DNA of 64,000 nt, taken from Promethearchaeati archaeon. GTDB lineage: Archaea > Asgardarchaeota > Heimdallarchaeia > Heimdallarchaeales > Heimdallarchaeaceae. How positions within the stretch are numbered: the first letter of the stretch is position 1; each line of letters begins with the position of its first letter. The stretch is taken from contig JABLTJ010000002.1 in the NCBI GenBank assembly GCA_013166775.1, forward strand, positions 128,001 to 192,000, in the 5' to 3' direction. The notes under the pieces were generated by a model. The model made no database searches. It was given only the letters and a program-made list of their open reading frames with translations, and was not told the origin of the DNA. The position numbers and the translations under genes were made by a program. This document shows, piece by piece, positions 46,745 to 55,674 of this stretch.

Positions 46745-47749
46745 TTATTTAGGTTTGATTTTCTTTCTTTTTACATAGACTATTGACGAAAATAGAACTA
46801 TTGCTATCAGAGTACTGTAGAGAGATATTGGAGCTCTAAAAACAGTCATAAAAATTACTAAATCATCCATATTAATCAAAGTATCAATTAAAAAGACAAG
46901 AAACTCTCCTGCTGTCTGTTGTCCTTCTACCCATTCAACATTTTGCAAATTGATATCATAGTCAAAATCAAAGTTACCCAATTCAGTTCCCAAAATAATT
47001 GAAGTATTAATTCTCTTGATTCTCAAAGATAAATCTTGAAAGTTCAAAGTTATATTCTGTAGAAATAAAGCAAAATCGTTCATATCTTTATTAATATTAA
47101 CACTATCAAAGTAAAACTCATCACTGGTTTTCCATTCAAGCTCTTGATCATCTACAATAGCTGAAAGAGAGATGGATCCTTCTAGATACATTTCAGGATC
47201 AATCTCAAGTGAGATAGAACTAATATTGGCAATATCTGGATCGTTGATAGTGAATTTCATTGAATTGAAGTTAATTGGTAAGCTAATGTTTTCTCCAATA
47301 AAAGAGAAAAAATTAGCTTTTATTTCAGCAGTCCCTTCTTCGATTTCTATGAAAAAAGTATCAGTGATAGGTGTTTTAACAATGATAGTCCCGTTTAGTC
47401 CTAGAGTTATATTCCCAGGATATCCTGAAACTTGAATTCCATATGTTGCATTTTCTTTCTTAAGATCTTTATTCAGATATCCTGTTAAATTGAAAGGAAC
47501 ATTAAAATCAGTATGGAATGTAAGGTATGGATACAAACCTATTCCAAGAGTTTCATTTTCAAAAGCAAAAACCATCTTAGCATTAAAATCGTTAGAGTAA
47601 TTAGTAATTTTAGAGGAAATAACCCAATCATTCTTGTCTTCTATCGTTCCAATTTCAAACGCAGAGACTAGATTCTGATTTGTATTTCCAACGATAAATA
47701 ACATTAGAATAGAGATTAGTAAACTGAATGTTAATTTCTGAAATTTCAC
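46745..47749 (-). CDS. Secreted beta-rich surface protein with C-terminal TM anchor
   Basis: Signal peptide; ends APISLY + TM + KRKK. Confidence 0.7.
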   Translation of the reverse strand: MKFQKLTFSLLISILMLFIVGNTNQNLVSAFEIGTIEDKNDWVISSKITNYSNDFNAKMVFAFENETLGIGLYPYLTFHTDFNVPFNLTGYLNKDLKKENATYGIQVSGYPGNITLGLNGTIIVKTPITDTFFIEIEEGTAEIKANFFSFIGENISLPINFNSMKFTINDPDIANISSISLEIDPEMYLEGSISLSAIVDDQELEWKTSDEFYFDSVNINKDMNDFALFLQNITLNFQDLSLRIKRINTSIILGTELGNFDFDYDINLQNVEWVEGQQTAGEFLVFLIDTLINMDDLVIFMTVFRAPISLYSTLIAIVLFSSIVYVKRKKIKPK

Positions 47750-47853
47750 TATAACTTCCCCTACTTTAAATATAGATTTGAGCGTCTATAAAACCTTTTC
47801 ATTCAACTATTTTCTGCAAAAGATTTAATATCAAGATATAGGAATTAAGAATT

Positions 47854-48819
47854 ATGTCTGAAAAAGACGAGAACATTGAAACTGAAGTTAAAACAAAACA
47901 GAAACGAAAAGAAAAAAGAGCTAAAAAAGAAAGAGTACGTGATGGACGATACAAAGAAAGTACTAAAGAATTCTTTCTTGGTATTTGGAAGTTTATAAGC
48001 TTCTTTCTAAAGATAATTTTAGCACCCTTTTGGTTTACAGTTGTACTGTTTATTAAAGCAATCAAGTTTCTTAGAGAAAAAGGGGATCATCCATTAACTG
48101 ATGAAGATAAAGGATTCCTTTCTCTGATACCAAGTCTTTTCTTTATGATGTGTCTAAGTATCATCGCTGCATTTCTGATTTTCTATTTTGGATTGCTCGA
48201 TAAAGCAATTGAAACAATTACAAGTGATGGATTCTGGCCAGCAGTGGGATTGTTCTTCACTCAGATTGGAAAAGGAATTTACTGGTTACTTTATGTTGTT
48301 TTCGTTGATTTTTTGTATGGAATGATCATTCAACCTTTCGGAGATTTTATGCAAAATGCAAACTACTTCTGGGCTACTCTAATCATTGTTATTATAATCA
48401 TTTTACTAGTTGGTCTAGGACTTATGATGTATCATCTTATGAAAACTCAGAAACTAATAAAAGCGATAGGACGATTTTTCAAGAAAATCTGGAGTTACCC
48501 CAAAAAAGCTCACGATTGGATAAGAGAGAAAATTGTTTTGAAATATCTAGTAGGTGAAAAACATGTCGCAACGAAATCAAAGAGTTTCTTTTGGGGTGTT
48601 GTACTCATACAATTCATCATAACAATAGCTTTATTCATCCTAGCAATTGTATTAGGTGTTTTAAACTACATACAAGGCATCTGGGTTGGACCTGATATTC
48701 TAGAATACTCTTTAGTTGTAGCGGGAATACTTTTCCTTGTTATAGGAATCTTTTCAACCTGGTTCTTTGTTAGAGTTTACGCAGTAGCTACTAAAGTATC
48801 TGAAGAAGCAGCTACATAA
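47854..48819 (+). CDS. Hypothetical multi-TM membrane protein
   Basis: Charged N-terminus, about 6 TMs and amphipathic aromatic helices. Confidence 0.75.
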   Translation: MSEKDENIETEVKTKQKRKEKRAKKERVRDGRYKESTKEFFLGIWKFISFFLKIILAPFWFTVVLFIKAIKFLREKGDHPLTDEDKGFLSLIPSLFFMMCLSIIAAFLIFYFGLLDKAIETITSDGFWPAVGLFFTQIGKGIYWLLYVVFVDFLYGMIIQPFGDFMQNANYFWATLIIVIIIILLVGLGLMMYHLMKTQKLIKAIGRFFKKIWSYPKKAHDWIREKIVLKYLVGEKHVATKSKSFFWGVVLIQFIITIALFILAIVLGVLNYIQGIWVGPDILEYSLVVAGILFLVIGIFSTWFFVRVYAVATKVSEEAAT

Positions 48820-48943
48820 ACCTAAACATTTCTTTCTTTTTTTAGATTTTCTTTTGTTTATGCATATGTATAGCGAATACATATTTCATTCAGTAAAATT
48901 TAAATTCTAGTCAAATAAATAATAGATATCTTTGGTGAGATTA

Positions 48944-49957
48944 ATGAAATTACGAGTCGGTATTAACGGATTTGGACGCATTGGTCGAGGTGTCTTCAGA
49001 GCAGGCTTTGCACAATCAGATGTCGAATTTGTCGGGATAAATGATGTAGGTGATTCAAAAACTATGGCTCATTTACTCAAATATGATAGCATTCACGGTA
49101 AATTTTCTCACGATGTAGATGCATCTGAAAACCACTTAAAAGTAGGTGGTAAAGAAATCCCAATAGCTAAGGAAAGAGATCCTGCAGATATTCCGTGGAG
49201 TGAATGGAATGCAGATATAGTTTTCGAATGTGTAGGGATTTTTAGAACATATGAGCTAGCATCAAAACATCTAGATGGAGGAGCAAAAAGAGTTATCCTT
49301 TCAGCTCCCGATAAAGGAAAAACCAAACCAATCCCAGCTTTTGTTTTTGGTGTCAATGAGGACAAATATAATCCTGAAAATCACAAAATTATTTCAAATG
49401 CAAGCTGCACAACCAACTGTTATGCTCCTGTGACAAAACTCATCGATGAATCATTTACTATCAAATCAGGATATATGACAACAGTTCATGCCTATACAAC
49501 AGATCAAAAACTTCTTGATCTTCCTCACGGTGATTTAAGAAGGGCGAGATCTGCTACATTATCTATGATTCCAACATCAACAGGAGCTGCTAAAGCAGTT
49601 GGAAAAGTTCTACCGCATCTAGAAGGAAAGCTTCAAGCAATGTCAATCAGAGTACCTACACCTAATGTGTCACTTATTGACGCAGTTTACTCTGTAGAGA
49701 ATAAAGCATCAAAAGAAGAAGTAAATCAAGTTTTTGTTAATGCGTCCCTAGGAAAACTGAAAGGAATACTTGCTGTTTCTAACGAAGAACTAGTGTCTTC
49801 CGATTATAATGGAATTCCTTATTCAGCAACAGTAGATTTGCCATTAACAATGGCATTTGATAATCAAATCAAGATAATTGCTTGGTATGATAATGAAACA
49901 GGATATTCTTCAAGAATGATTGATTTAGCAAGGTATATTGCAAGCAAGGAAGGTTAA
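48944..49957 (+). CDS. gap: Glyceraldehyde-3-phosphate dehydrogenase, class I (bacterial/eukaryotic type)
   Basis: GINGFGRIGR, LKYDSIHG, SNASCTTNC, TTVHAYT, IPTSTGAAKAVG, RVPTPNVS, WYDNE. Confidence 0.96.
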   Translation: MKLRVGINGFGRIGRGVFRAGFAQSDVEFVGINDVGDSKTMAHLLKYDSIHGKFSHDVDASENHLKVGGKEIPIAKERDPADIPWSEWNADIVFECVGIFRTYELASKHLDGGAKRVILSAPDKGKTKPIPAFVFGVNEDKYNPENHKIISNASCTTNCYAPVTKLIDESFTIKSGYMTTVHAYTTDQKLLDLPHGDLRRARSATLSMIPTSTGAAKAVGKVLPHLEGKLQAMSIRVPTPNVSLIDAVYSVENKASKEEVNQVFVNASLGKLKGILAVSNEELVSSDYNGIPYSATVDLPLTMAFDNQIKIIAWYDNETGYSSRMIDLARYIASKEG

Positions 49958-49958
49958 C

Positions 49959-50336
49959 TCATCCTTCCTCTATACTTTTCATCATTCCAATAAAAGCTTT
50001 GTAAAGGCACTCTGCGCAGCTTGTTGCTTCTGGATCAATGAATAGAATTACGTCTCTCATATTTTCATAGATTTTTCTTGGAATTGCTCTATCGCCTATA
50101 ATTATTCTGCGTTGTTTTGTAGGGCATGTAATACAATCCTCTTGATCATTAGTAACAGCATTCAAACAGTAGGAGGGATTGTTAAATTCTTCTAAATTAA
50201 TATGTTCTAAATCCATTGGATCAAAAAAACTAATGACAATAACCTCATCGAATTCATCATCTAAGATACAATAAGTTGCACCTTCAAGTTCTTTATGCAT
50301 GGGGCATGGTTGTCTAATCCACAAAAGTTTGGACAT
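49959..50336 (-). CDS. Hypothetical Cys-rich protein
   Basis: CPMH, YC, YC, CITCP, CAEC. Confidence 0.65.
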   Translation of the reverse strand: MSKLLWIRQPCPMHKELEGATYCILDDEFDEVIVISFFDPMDLEHINLEEFNNPSYCLNAVTNDQEDCITCPTKQRRIIIGDRAIPRKIYENMRDVILFIDPEATSCAECLYKAFIGMMKSIEEG

Positions 50337-50430
50337 TATATCTACGTATCAACATTCAAGTTAAAAATTTTCAGATACTCTTAATCATGAAATACGTGTT
50401 TTCTAAAAAGAATAAAAAGAGAGAGCTGAT

Positions 50431-53400
50431 TTAAGCTCTGATAGGTGCTCTGCTTCTATAATCATAGTAAATTTTAGTAATTTCACTAACCATTTTCTCA
50501 TTGAAAGTTGTCATCATTACTGGATCTCCACTTGGAGCTTTGTGTCCTAGGAAACCTTCTTCAATTCCATCTCTGGTACCCATCATTACAGTTAACTGAG
50601 GATCATCCTTTACAGTAACATTTCCCATTGTAATCATTTTTGTTAGCAAAGCTTTGTCTTTTTCGTTGTGCTGTGATGTATTTGTTACAATCTCAAGTTT
50701 TCTACTGAAAGTATCCATGAATTCAGAATCTATCCATCGTAATGTTGGAGAAACTATAGTAGCTGAAGATTTTGTATGTCTTAGCAATGCCATCATTGTT
50801 GCTCTTACTTGCTCGTTTCCTGTCACTAACCACATATCTTCTACAGGATTGGGTTCAATTCCCTTTCCTAGTGATAGAACATCCCTTAGTATTTTCATTG
50901 AATCTCCTGTTGCTTCTAGAACAACGTCAATTTTACCAGGAATAGTGTTTAATAGTCCAGTAATATTAGTATCAACTGCTTCTACTTCTTGCAGAGAGCT
51001 TTTAATCAAATCTTCCTTGAAGCTCATCAGTTTAGAGTTATATTCAGTTTTCTGCGAATCTGCTATTTGTGAATCTTGAACTACCTTATCTAATTTCTCT
51101 ATAAATGAGTTAAGTAATGATCCAAAGAGGTCTGAAACAGTTTTTTCCAGATTAGTGAGATCAGATTTTATTGTTTCATTACCTGAAGTAATAGTATCAG
51201 TAAGAGTATCTCTAGTCCCTTGAACATTTGTTACTAATGCTGAGGAGTTTGAATCAGAATTTGTTATAAAACTACTTATCTGATGTTGGACATTTAGATC
51301 ATAATCCTTGCTGTCCTTGTCAAACTCTTCTTTAATAGAAGTAACATTACTCTCAAAATCAGTTGACATCTTATCGTATGATTTTTCTAAATCCTTGTGA
51401 ACTCCTTCATACATTACATCGATTTCTGCTTGTACTAATGATTTGAATTCATTAGTTGAGGTGTCTAATTTACTTGAGAAAGAGTCTGTATCCTTCTTTA
51501 TTAGCTTTGGATACTCTATAGTTAGTTTCTGCATTTCCTCCTTAGTGAGTATAACTACCTCATCTAGTTCTGAAGATTTCTCAGGAGATACATTTAATTC
51601 AGCGAGTAATTCTTCAGTACCTTCTAAGAACTGTTGAATTTCCTGATCGATTAATTCGTTTATTTCGCTTTCAACTTTTGCAGTTTGGGTAGTATAATTA
51701 GCAACTGCTTCATCTAAAGTAACAGAAACATCAGTATCTAAAGCGTTCTTAGCAGTTTCAAACTCTGATTGCATTGTTTTCATATTTGTATCCATAGAAG
51801 AGTTAACTTTAGTAACTAATTTTGTATGATCATCAATATTTGTCTTGAGTGTCTCTTGAAGAGTATTCATAACTTCTTCATTGTTTCCTTTCATCAAAGT
51901 AAAGATTTCTTCTTTCTTTGTTTGTAATGCAGTGAGTCCTTCTTCTAAATGGAGCTGCATCTTTGTTTTATCCCCTTCTTCTGCAGATACTGAGGATTTT
52001 ACAATGTCGTCTAGAGAGGTCTTAATTTTCTTTATTACTCCACTGAATGCTTTAGATTCAGCACCGACCACTTCCCTCAATCCACTTGTGCTGGTATCCT
52101 GGAGTTCAATATATTGTTCCTCGTAAGTTACATATGTTTCTTCTATTGTTTTCTTCATCTCATCTAATGATTTTGATAATTGATCGCTTATCTCGGTTCT
52201 AGATTTCTCAAGAGACTGACTAGATGATTGAATTGTATTGTTTGTAAATTGCGAAAGCTCATCTAGCCTTGCATTAACTCTTTGAAAAACTCCAGTGGAT
52301 AAAGTTGTCATAGAATCTGAAAATGTTTGAATCATATCCTCAGCTTTTGAACCAACACTATCCTTGAGAAGTTCAATATCTCTATTCATGCTTCCAATAA
52401 GTTGAGCCATTCTTGGCCCATCTTCCTTACCAAAAACTCTCTGAAGTTGCTTTTGATCTAATCCTTGGAAGGAGCTGTTAATTTCTTCAATTTTCGCTAC
52501 CGCTGATTTAAACTGATCACTAATTTCATTCAATCTATCTAAACTCGTTTTGTAATATATTTGTACTAAATCTGGTACTTCATCTCGTATGTCTCTACCT
52601 CTTTTCGAAAAATCATCTGAAAATGCTTGAATATCATTATTGAATTGTGTTTCTTTTTCTTGAATTAGATCCTTAATTGCACTATCATTGTCCTTCACAT
52701 TTTTCTCAATATTAGAAACAACTTTCTCTTTTAGCTCATTTAGGTGAGAAGTAAACACTTGTTTGAACTCATCATGAGTTGAAGTAAAAATTTTAACCCG
52801 TTCATCCAGAGATGTTTGATAATCCGTTGCAGTTTTTGACAAATCATCTAAATAAGAATTAGTTGATTCTTCAAAAGTTGTCATTATTTCATCAATAAAA
52901 GTAGTCACTTGATCACTCACTTTTTCAATTGAAGATGACAAATTTTCTTTGAAAAGGCTGAAACCATCTTCTATTCCTTTCTTGAGAAGTGATAAAAGAC
53001 CATCGCTGTTCTTTTTGAAATCTTTGAGATAAGATGATAAATCAGAGCTAAGTTTGCTTTTCATTTCTTCGGTTTTACCTTCTGTTTGAGTGATTAATGC
53101 ACCTAATTTTTCTACAGAATCAGTCTTGGTTTTATTAAGAAGATCTACGAATTGGTTTTCGTTTTCTTTTAGAATGTTTACAGCTGTTTCTTTTGATTTA
53201 TCTATTGATGATTTGATTCTGTTAGTAGTTGCTTCTTCAAGTTTCTTAAGTTCTTCATTCAATGAAGCTAGAATCAATTTTGTTTTTTCTTGATGTTTAT
53301 CTAATTTGGTTTCATAATTTGCAATTATTTTGTTTAGTGTGCCTGTTAGTTTTTTAGTTGAATCTTGAGTGGATGTCTTTGAATCAGATTTGATTTTGTT

Positions 53401-54201
53401 TACTACATCGCTAGTTACTTCATCTATAACTTTTTTCTTCCCTTTTGCAGTTTCAAGAAATGTTTGAAGCTGCAAGGATAGACTCTCCTTTATTCCTTCC
53501 ACTTTCTCCAATATTGCATCAAGTTGAACATTTATTCTTACGTTGTGTTCTTGTTGAAGAGAACCGAATGTTTCTTCAACCTTAAGCTTGAAAGCTTCAT
53601 GATGTTCTCCTATTTTGTGTATTGTGGAATCGAAGGAATTCAAAACGTTCTCTCTAACTCTTTGAGCAGATTTAGCTATATTCTCACTGTTTGTAGAAGA
53701 TATTGTTGAAGTTTCGGAATTAACTCTTTCAATAATCTCTGTTAGTTCACTCTTTCCTGTGTCTACATGTGATGATATAATTTCTAGAAATTGTTTTGAT
53801 ATCCCACTTACTTCTTGAGAATGAGCGTCTACATCTTGAGTGATTTTCTCATGAAAACTAGTTAATTGTGTTCTAAAATTCTGCATTGTTTTATTCCAAT
53901 CAACTTTAACATCATCACTCAGAGTTTTCAATTCATTTTCTAAACGTTGAGAAACGTCTTCTGTTAATTTAATTTGAGGAGGTAATGGAATATAATAAGA
54001 AGTTCCTTCTGCATTTTTTGCTTTTACCTCTTTAACATATCCGCGACCAACCAATTTTTCCAATGCTGAATTTATTTCATCAGCAGAGATCTTAACGTAG
54101 GTCTGGATTTGTCCAACAGTACGGAAACCATACTGCACAATGTTTGAATAAACTTGGATTTCATCTTTCGATAATCCTATTTTTTCTAATGTTCCTTGCA
54201 T
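50431..54201 (-). CDS. TrmB-like wHTH + ~1000-aa helical/coiled-coil rod + TrmB/PLD-like C-terminal domain
   Basis: N-terminus LEKIGLSKDEIQVY...ALEKLVGRGYV...YIPLPP; C-terminus MWLVTGNEQV...TKSSATIVSP...LEIVT...GTRDGIEEGFLG. Confidence 0.8.
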   Translation of the reverse strand: MQGTLEKIGLSKDEIQVYSNIVQYGFRTVGQIQTYVKISADEINSALEKLVGRGYVKEVKAKNAEGTSYYIPLPPQIKLTEDVSQRLENELKTLSDDVKVDWNKTMQNFRTQLTSFHEKITQDVDAHSQEVSGISKQFLEIISSHVDTGKSELTEIIERVNSETSTISSTNSENIAKSAQRVRENVLNSFDSTIHKIGEHHEAFKLKVEETFGSLQQEHNVRINVQLDAILEKVEGIKESLSLQLQTFLETAKGKKKVIDEVTSDVVNKIKSDSKTSTQDSTKKLTGTLNKIIANYETKLDKHQEKTKLILASLNEELKKLEEATTNRIKSSIDKSKETAVNILKENENQFVDLLNKTKTDSVEKLGALITQTEGKTEEMKSKLSSDLSSYLKDFKKNSDGLLSLLKKGIEDGFSLFKENLSSSIEKVSDQVTTFIDEIMTTFEESTNSYLDDLSKTATDYQTSLDERVKIFTSTHDEFKQVFTSHLNELKEKVVSNIEKNVKDNDSAIKDLIQEKETQFNNDIQAFSDDFSKRGRDIRDEVPDLVQIYYKTSLDRLNEISDQFKSAVAKIEEINSSFQGLDQKQLQRVFGKEDGPRMAQLIGSMNRDIELLKDSVGSKAEDMIQTFSDSMTTLSTGVFQRVNARLDELSQFTNNTIQSSSQSLEKSRTEISDQLSKSLDEMKKTIEETYVTYEEQYIELQDTSTSGLREVVGAESKAFSGVIKKIKTSLDDIVKSSVSAEEGDKTKMQLHLEEGLTALQTKKEEIFTLMKGNNEEVMNTLQETLKTNIDDHTKLVTKVNSSMDTNMKTMQSEFETAKNALDTDVSVTLDEAVANYTTQTAKVESEINELIDQEIQQFLEGTEELLAELNVSPEKSSELDEVVILTKEEMQKLTIEYPKLIKKDTDSFSSKLDTSTNEFKSLVQAEIDVMYEGVHKDLEKSYDKMSTDFESNVTSIKEEFDKDSKDYDLNVQHQISSFITNSDSNSSALVTNVQGTRDTLTDTITSGNETIKSDLTNLEKTVSDLFGSLLNSFIEKLDKVVQDSQIADSQKTEYNSKLMSFKEDLIKSSLQEVEAVDTNITGLLNTIPGKIDVVLEATGDSMKILRDVLSLGKGIEPNPVEDMWLVTGNEQVRATMMALLRHTKSSATIVSPTLRWIDSEFMDTFSRKLEIVTNTSQHNEKDKALLTKMITMGNVTVKDDPQLTVMMGTRDGIEEGFLGHKAPSGDPVMMTTFNEKMVSEITKIYYDYRSRAPIRA

Positions 54202-54210
54202 TTTAATCCC

Positions 54211-55665
54211 TTATCTATACAATTCATTCTTTATTGCTTCGATGTTCTTTTCTAATCTTTCTAAACGACTTATGAGATCTCTTTTCCTTTTCTCTGATTC
54301 TTCTGCTAGTTTTATATTTTGCTTTGCTTCAGTTTCCAAATCAGTTAGAGTGGTTTCTTGAGTCGCTATTATTTGACCTTTAGCTGCAGATGCGGATGAA
54401 GATAAATCAGCTACAGCATCCTTTTCAACAGATTCCAGTCTTGTAATAATTTGGCTACTGGTTTTGTCTACTGATTCAATTATATCAGAAACATCTTGCT
54501 CTATTGAAGATATTTTGTCTACAATTGTACTATTTGCTCTACTTTCGATATCAGATATCTTGCTCTCAAGATCAGTTTTCATTTCTTCAAATTTTGAATT
54601 AAGTTGTTCTTGTTCACTTGATAATAATGTTTTAGCTTCTTGTTTCATCGTATCAGACTGTTCTGAGAAAGATGTTAGAATTTTATCAACATCTTCATTA
54701 AATCCTTCTTCAAAACCTTGAAGTTCGTTGCTATGTGCTTCTAGTTGATCTTTCGCAATTCCATCATATTTCTTAATCATATCAGCTTTTGAGCTATTGA
54801 AATTTGACATTGCTACTTCATTCACATCTATCATACCTTTTTCGTATTCAGCAAGAACATCTTGAACTTTAGTAATTTCATCTACAAGGTATTTATCCAT
54901 TGTATCTGATACACCTGAAAGTTCAGCTTGAATTCTTTTTACTGCGTTACTTACTAATTGTTCCAAATCATTTTTGATTCTATTAAAACTCTCAAAGATG
55001 GATTCCATATTCTCTGTTAATTTATCACCATATTCTGAACGTAAATGTTCAATTGATTCAAGCATAATATTCTCTGTAATGTTAATATTATCATTAAGCT
55101 GTTCTTTCATATCTTCAGCGTTCTTTTCAAATGTACTAATGTTGTTGTTTTTTATTTCAACGATATTCTCTTTAGCTCCTGTAACTACTTTTCTAAAAGT
55201 GTTAATTTGGTTATTAGCTAATCTTTCCAAATCTTGGGTATGGGAGCCTATAACTGTATTAATATTATCATTAAAGGAAGTTGTATAATTTCCATACATA
55301 GTCTTGCTTTCAGATAGCAGTGAAACAATCGATTCTTTTAGATTTTCAAGCTGATTATTAGTCTCTGTGAACTTAGAATAGATAGTTTCTTTTTGGGATT
55401 CCGTCCATTCTTGAACTAAATTTTTGTTATCAGAAGTATTTTTACTAGTTTGTTCTTCTAACTTGTTTTTGTTTTCATCTATAAGATTCCTGAGATTCTC
55501 ATTCAATGCAATGAATTTATTCTGAATTAAAGTTGTTAAAACCTGATAATATCTTTGAAGCTCCAACATACCTTCCAGAGATTCTTTAAAATTTGTAACT
55601 TCATTTTCCAGATTTTCAATTTCCCTTCTTATTTTCTCTAAATCCTTTTCTACTCTTTCTGACAT
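54211..55665 (-). CDS. All-helical coiled-coil/apolipoprotein-repeat-like protein
   Basis: Continuous amphipathic helix, proline-free; ATG 55665 after an AGGTGA SD that overlaps the upstream stop. Confidence 0.75.
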   Translation of the reverse strand: MSERVEKDLEKIRREIENLENEVTNFKESLEGMLELQRYYQVLTTLIQNKFIALNENLRNLIDENKNKLEEQTSKNTSDNKNLVQEWTESQKETIYSKFTETNNQLENLKESIVSLLSESKTMYGNYTTSFNDNINTVIGSHTQDLERLANNQINTFRKVVTGAKENIVEIKNNNISTFEKNAEDMKEQLNDNINITENIMLESIEHLRSEYGDKLTENMESIFESFNRIKNDLEQLVSNAVKRIQAELSGVSDTMDKYLVDEITKVQDVLAEYEKGMIDVNEVAMSNFNSSKADMIKKYDGIAKDQLEAHSNELQGFEEGFNEDVDKILTSFSEQSDTMKQEAKTLLSSEQEQLNSKFEEMKTDLESKISDIESRANSTIVDKISSIEQDVSDIIESVDKTSSQIITRLESVEKDAVADLSSSASAAKGQIIATQETTLTDLETEAKQNIKLAEESEKRKRDLISRLERLEKNIEAIKNELYR

Positions 55666-55674
55666 TTTTTTCAC

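Noticed and set aside
50431-55665. Canonical SMC/Rad50 proteins
   Set aside because: No Walker A/B or ABC signature in either helical protein.
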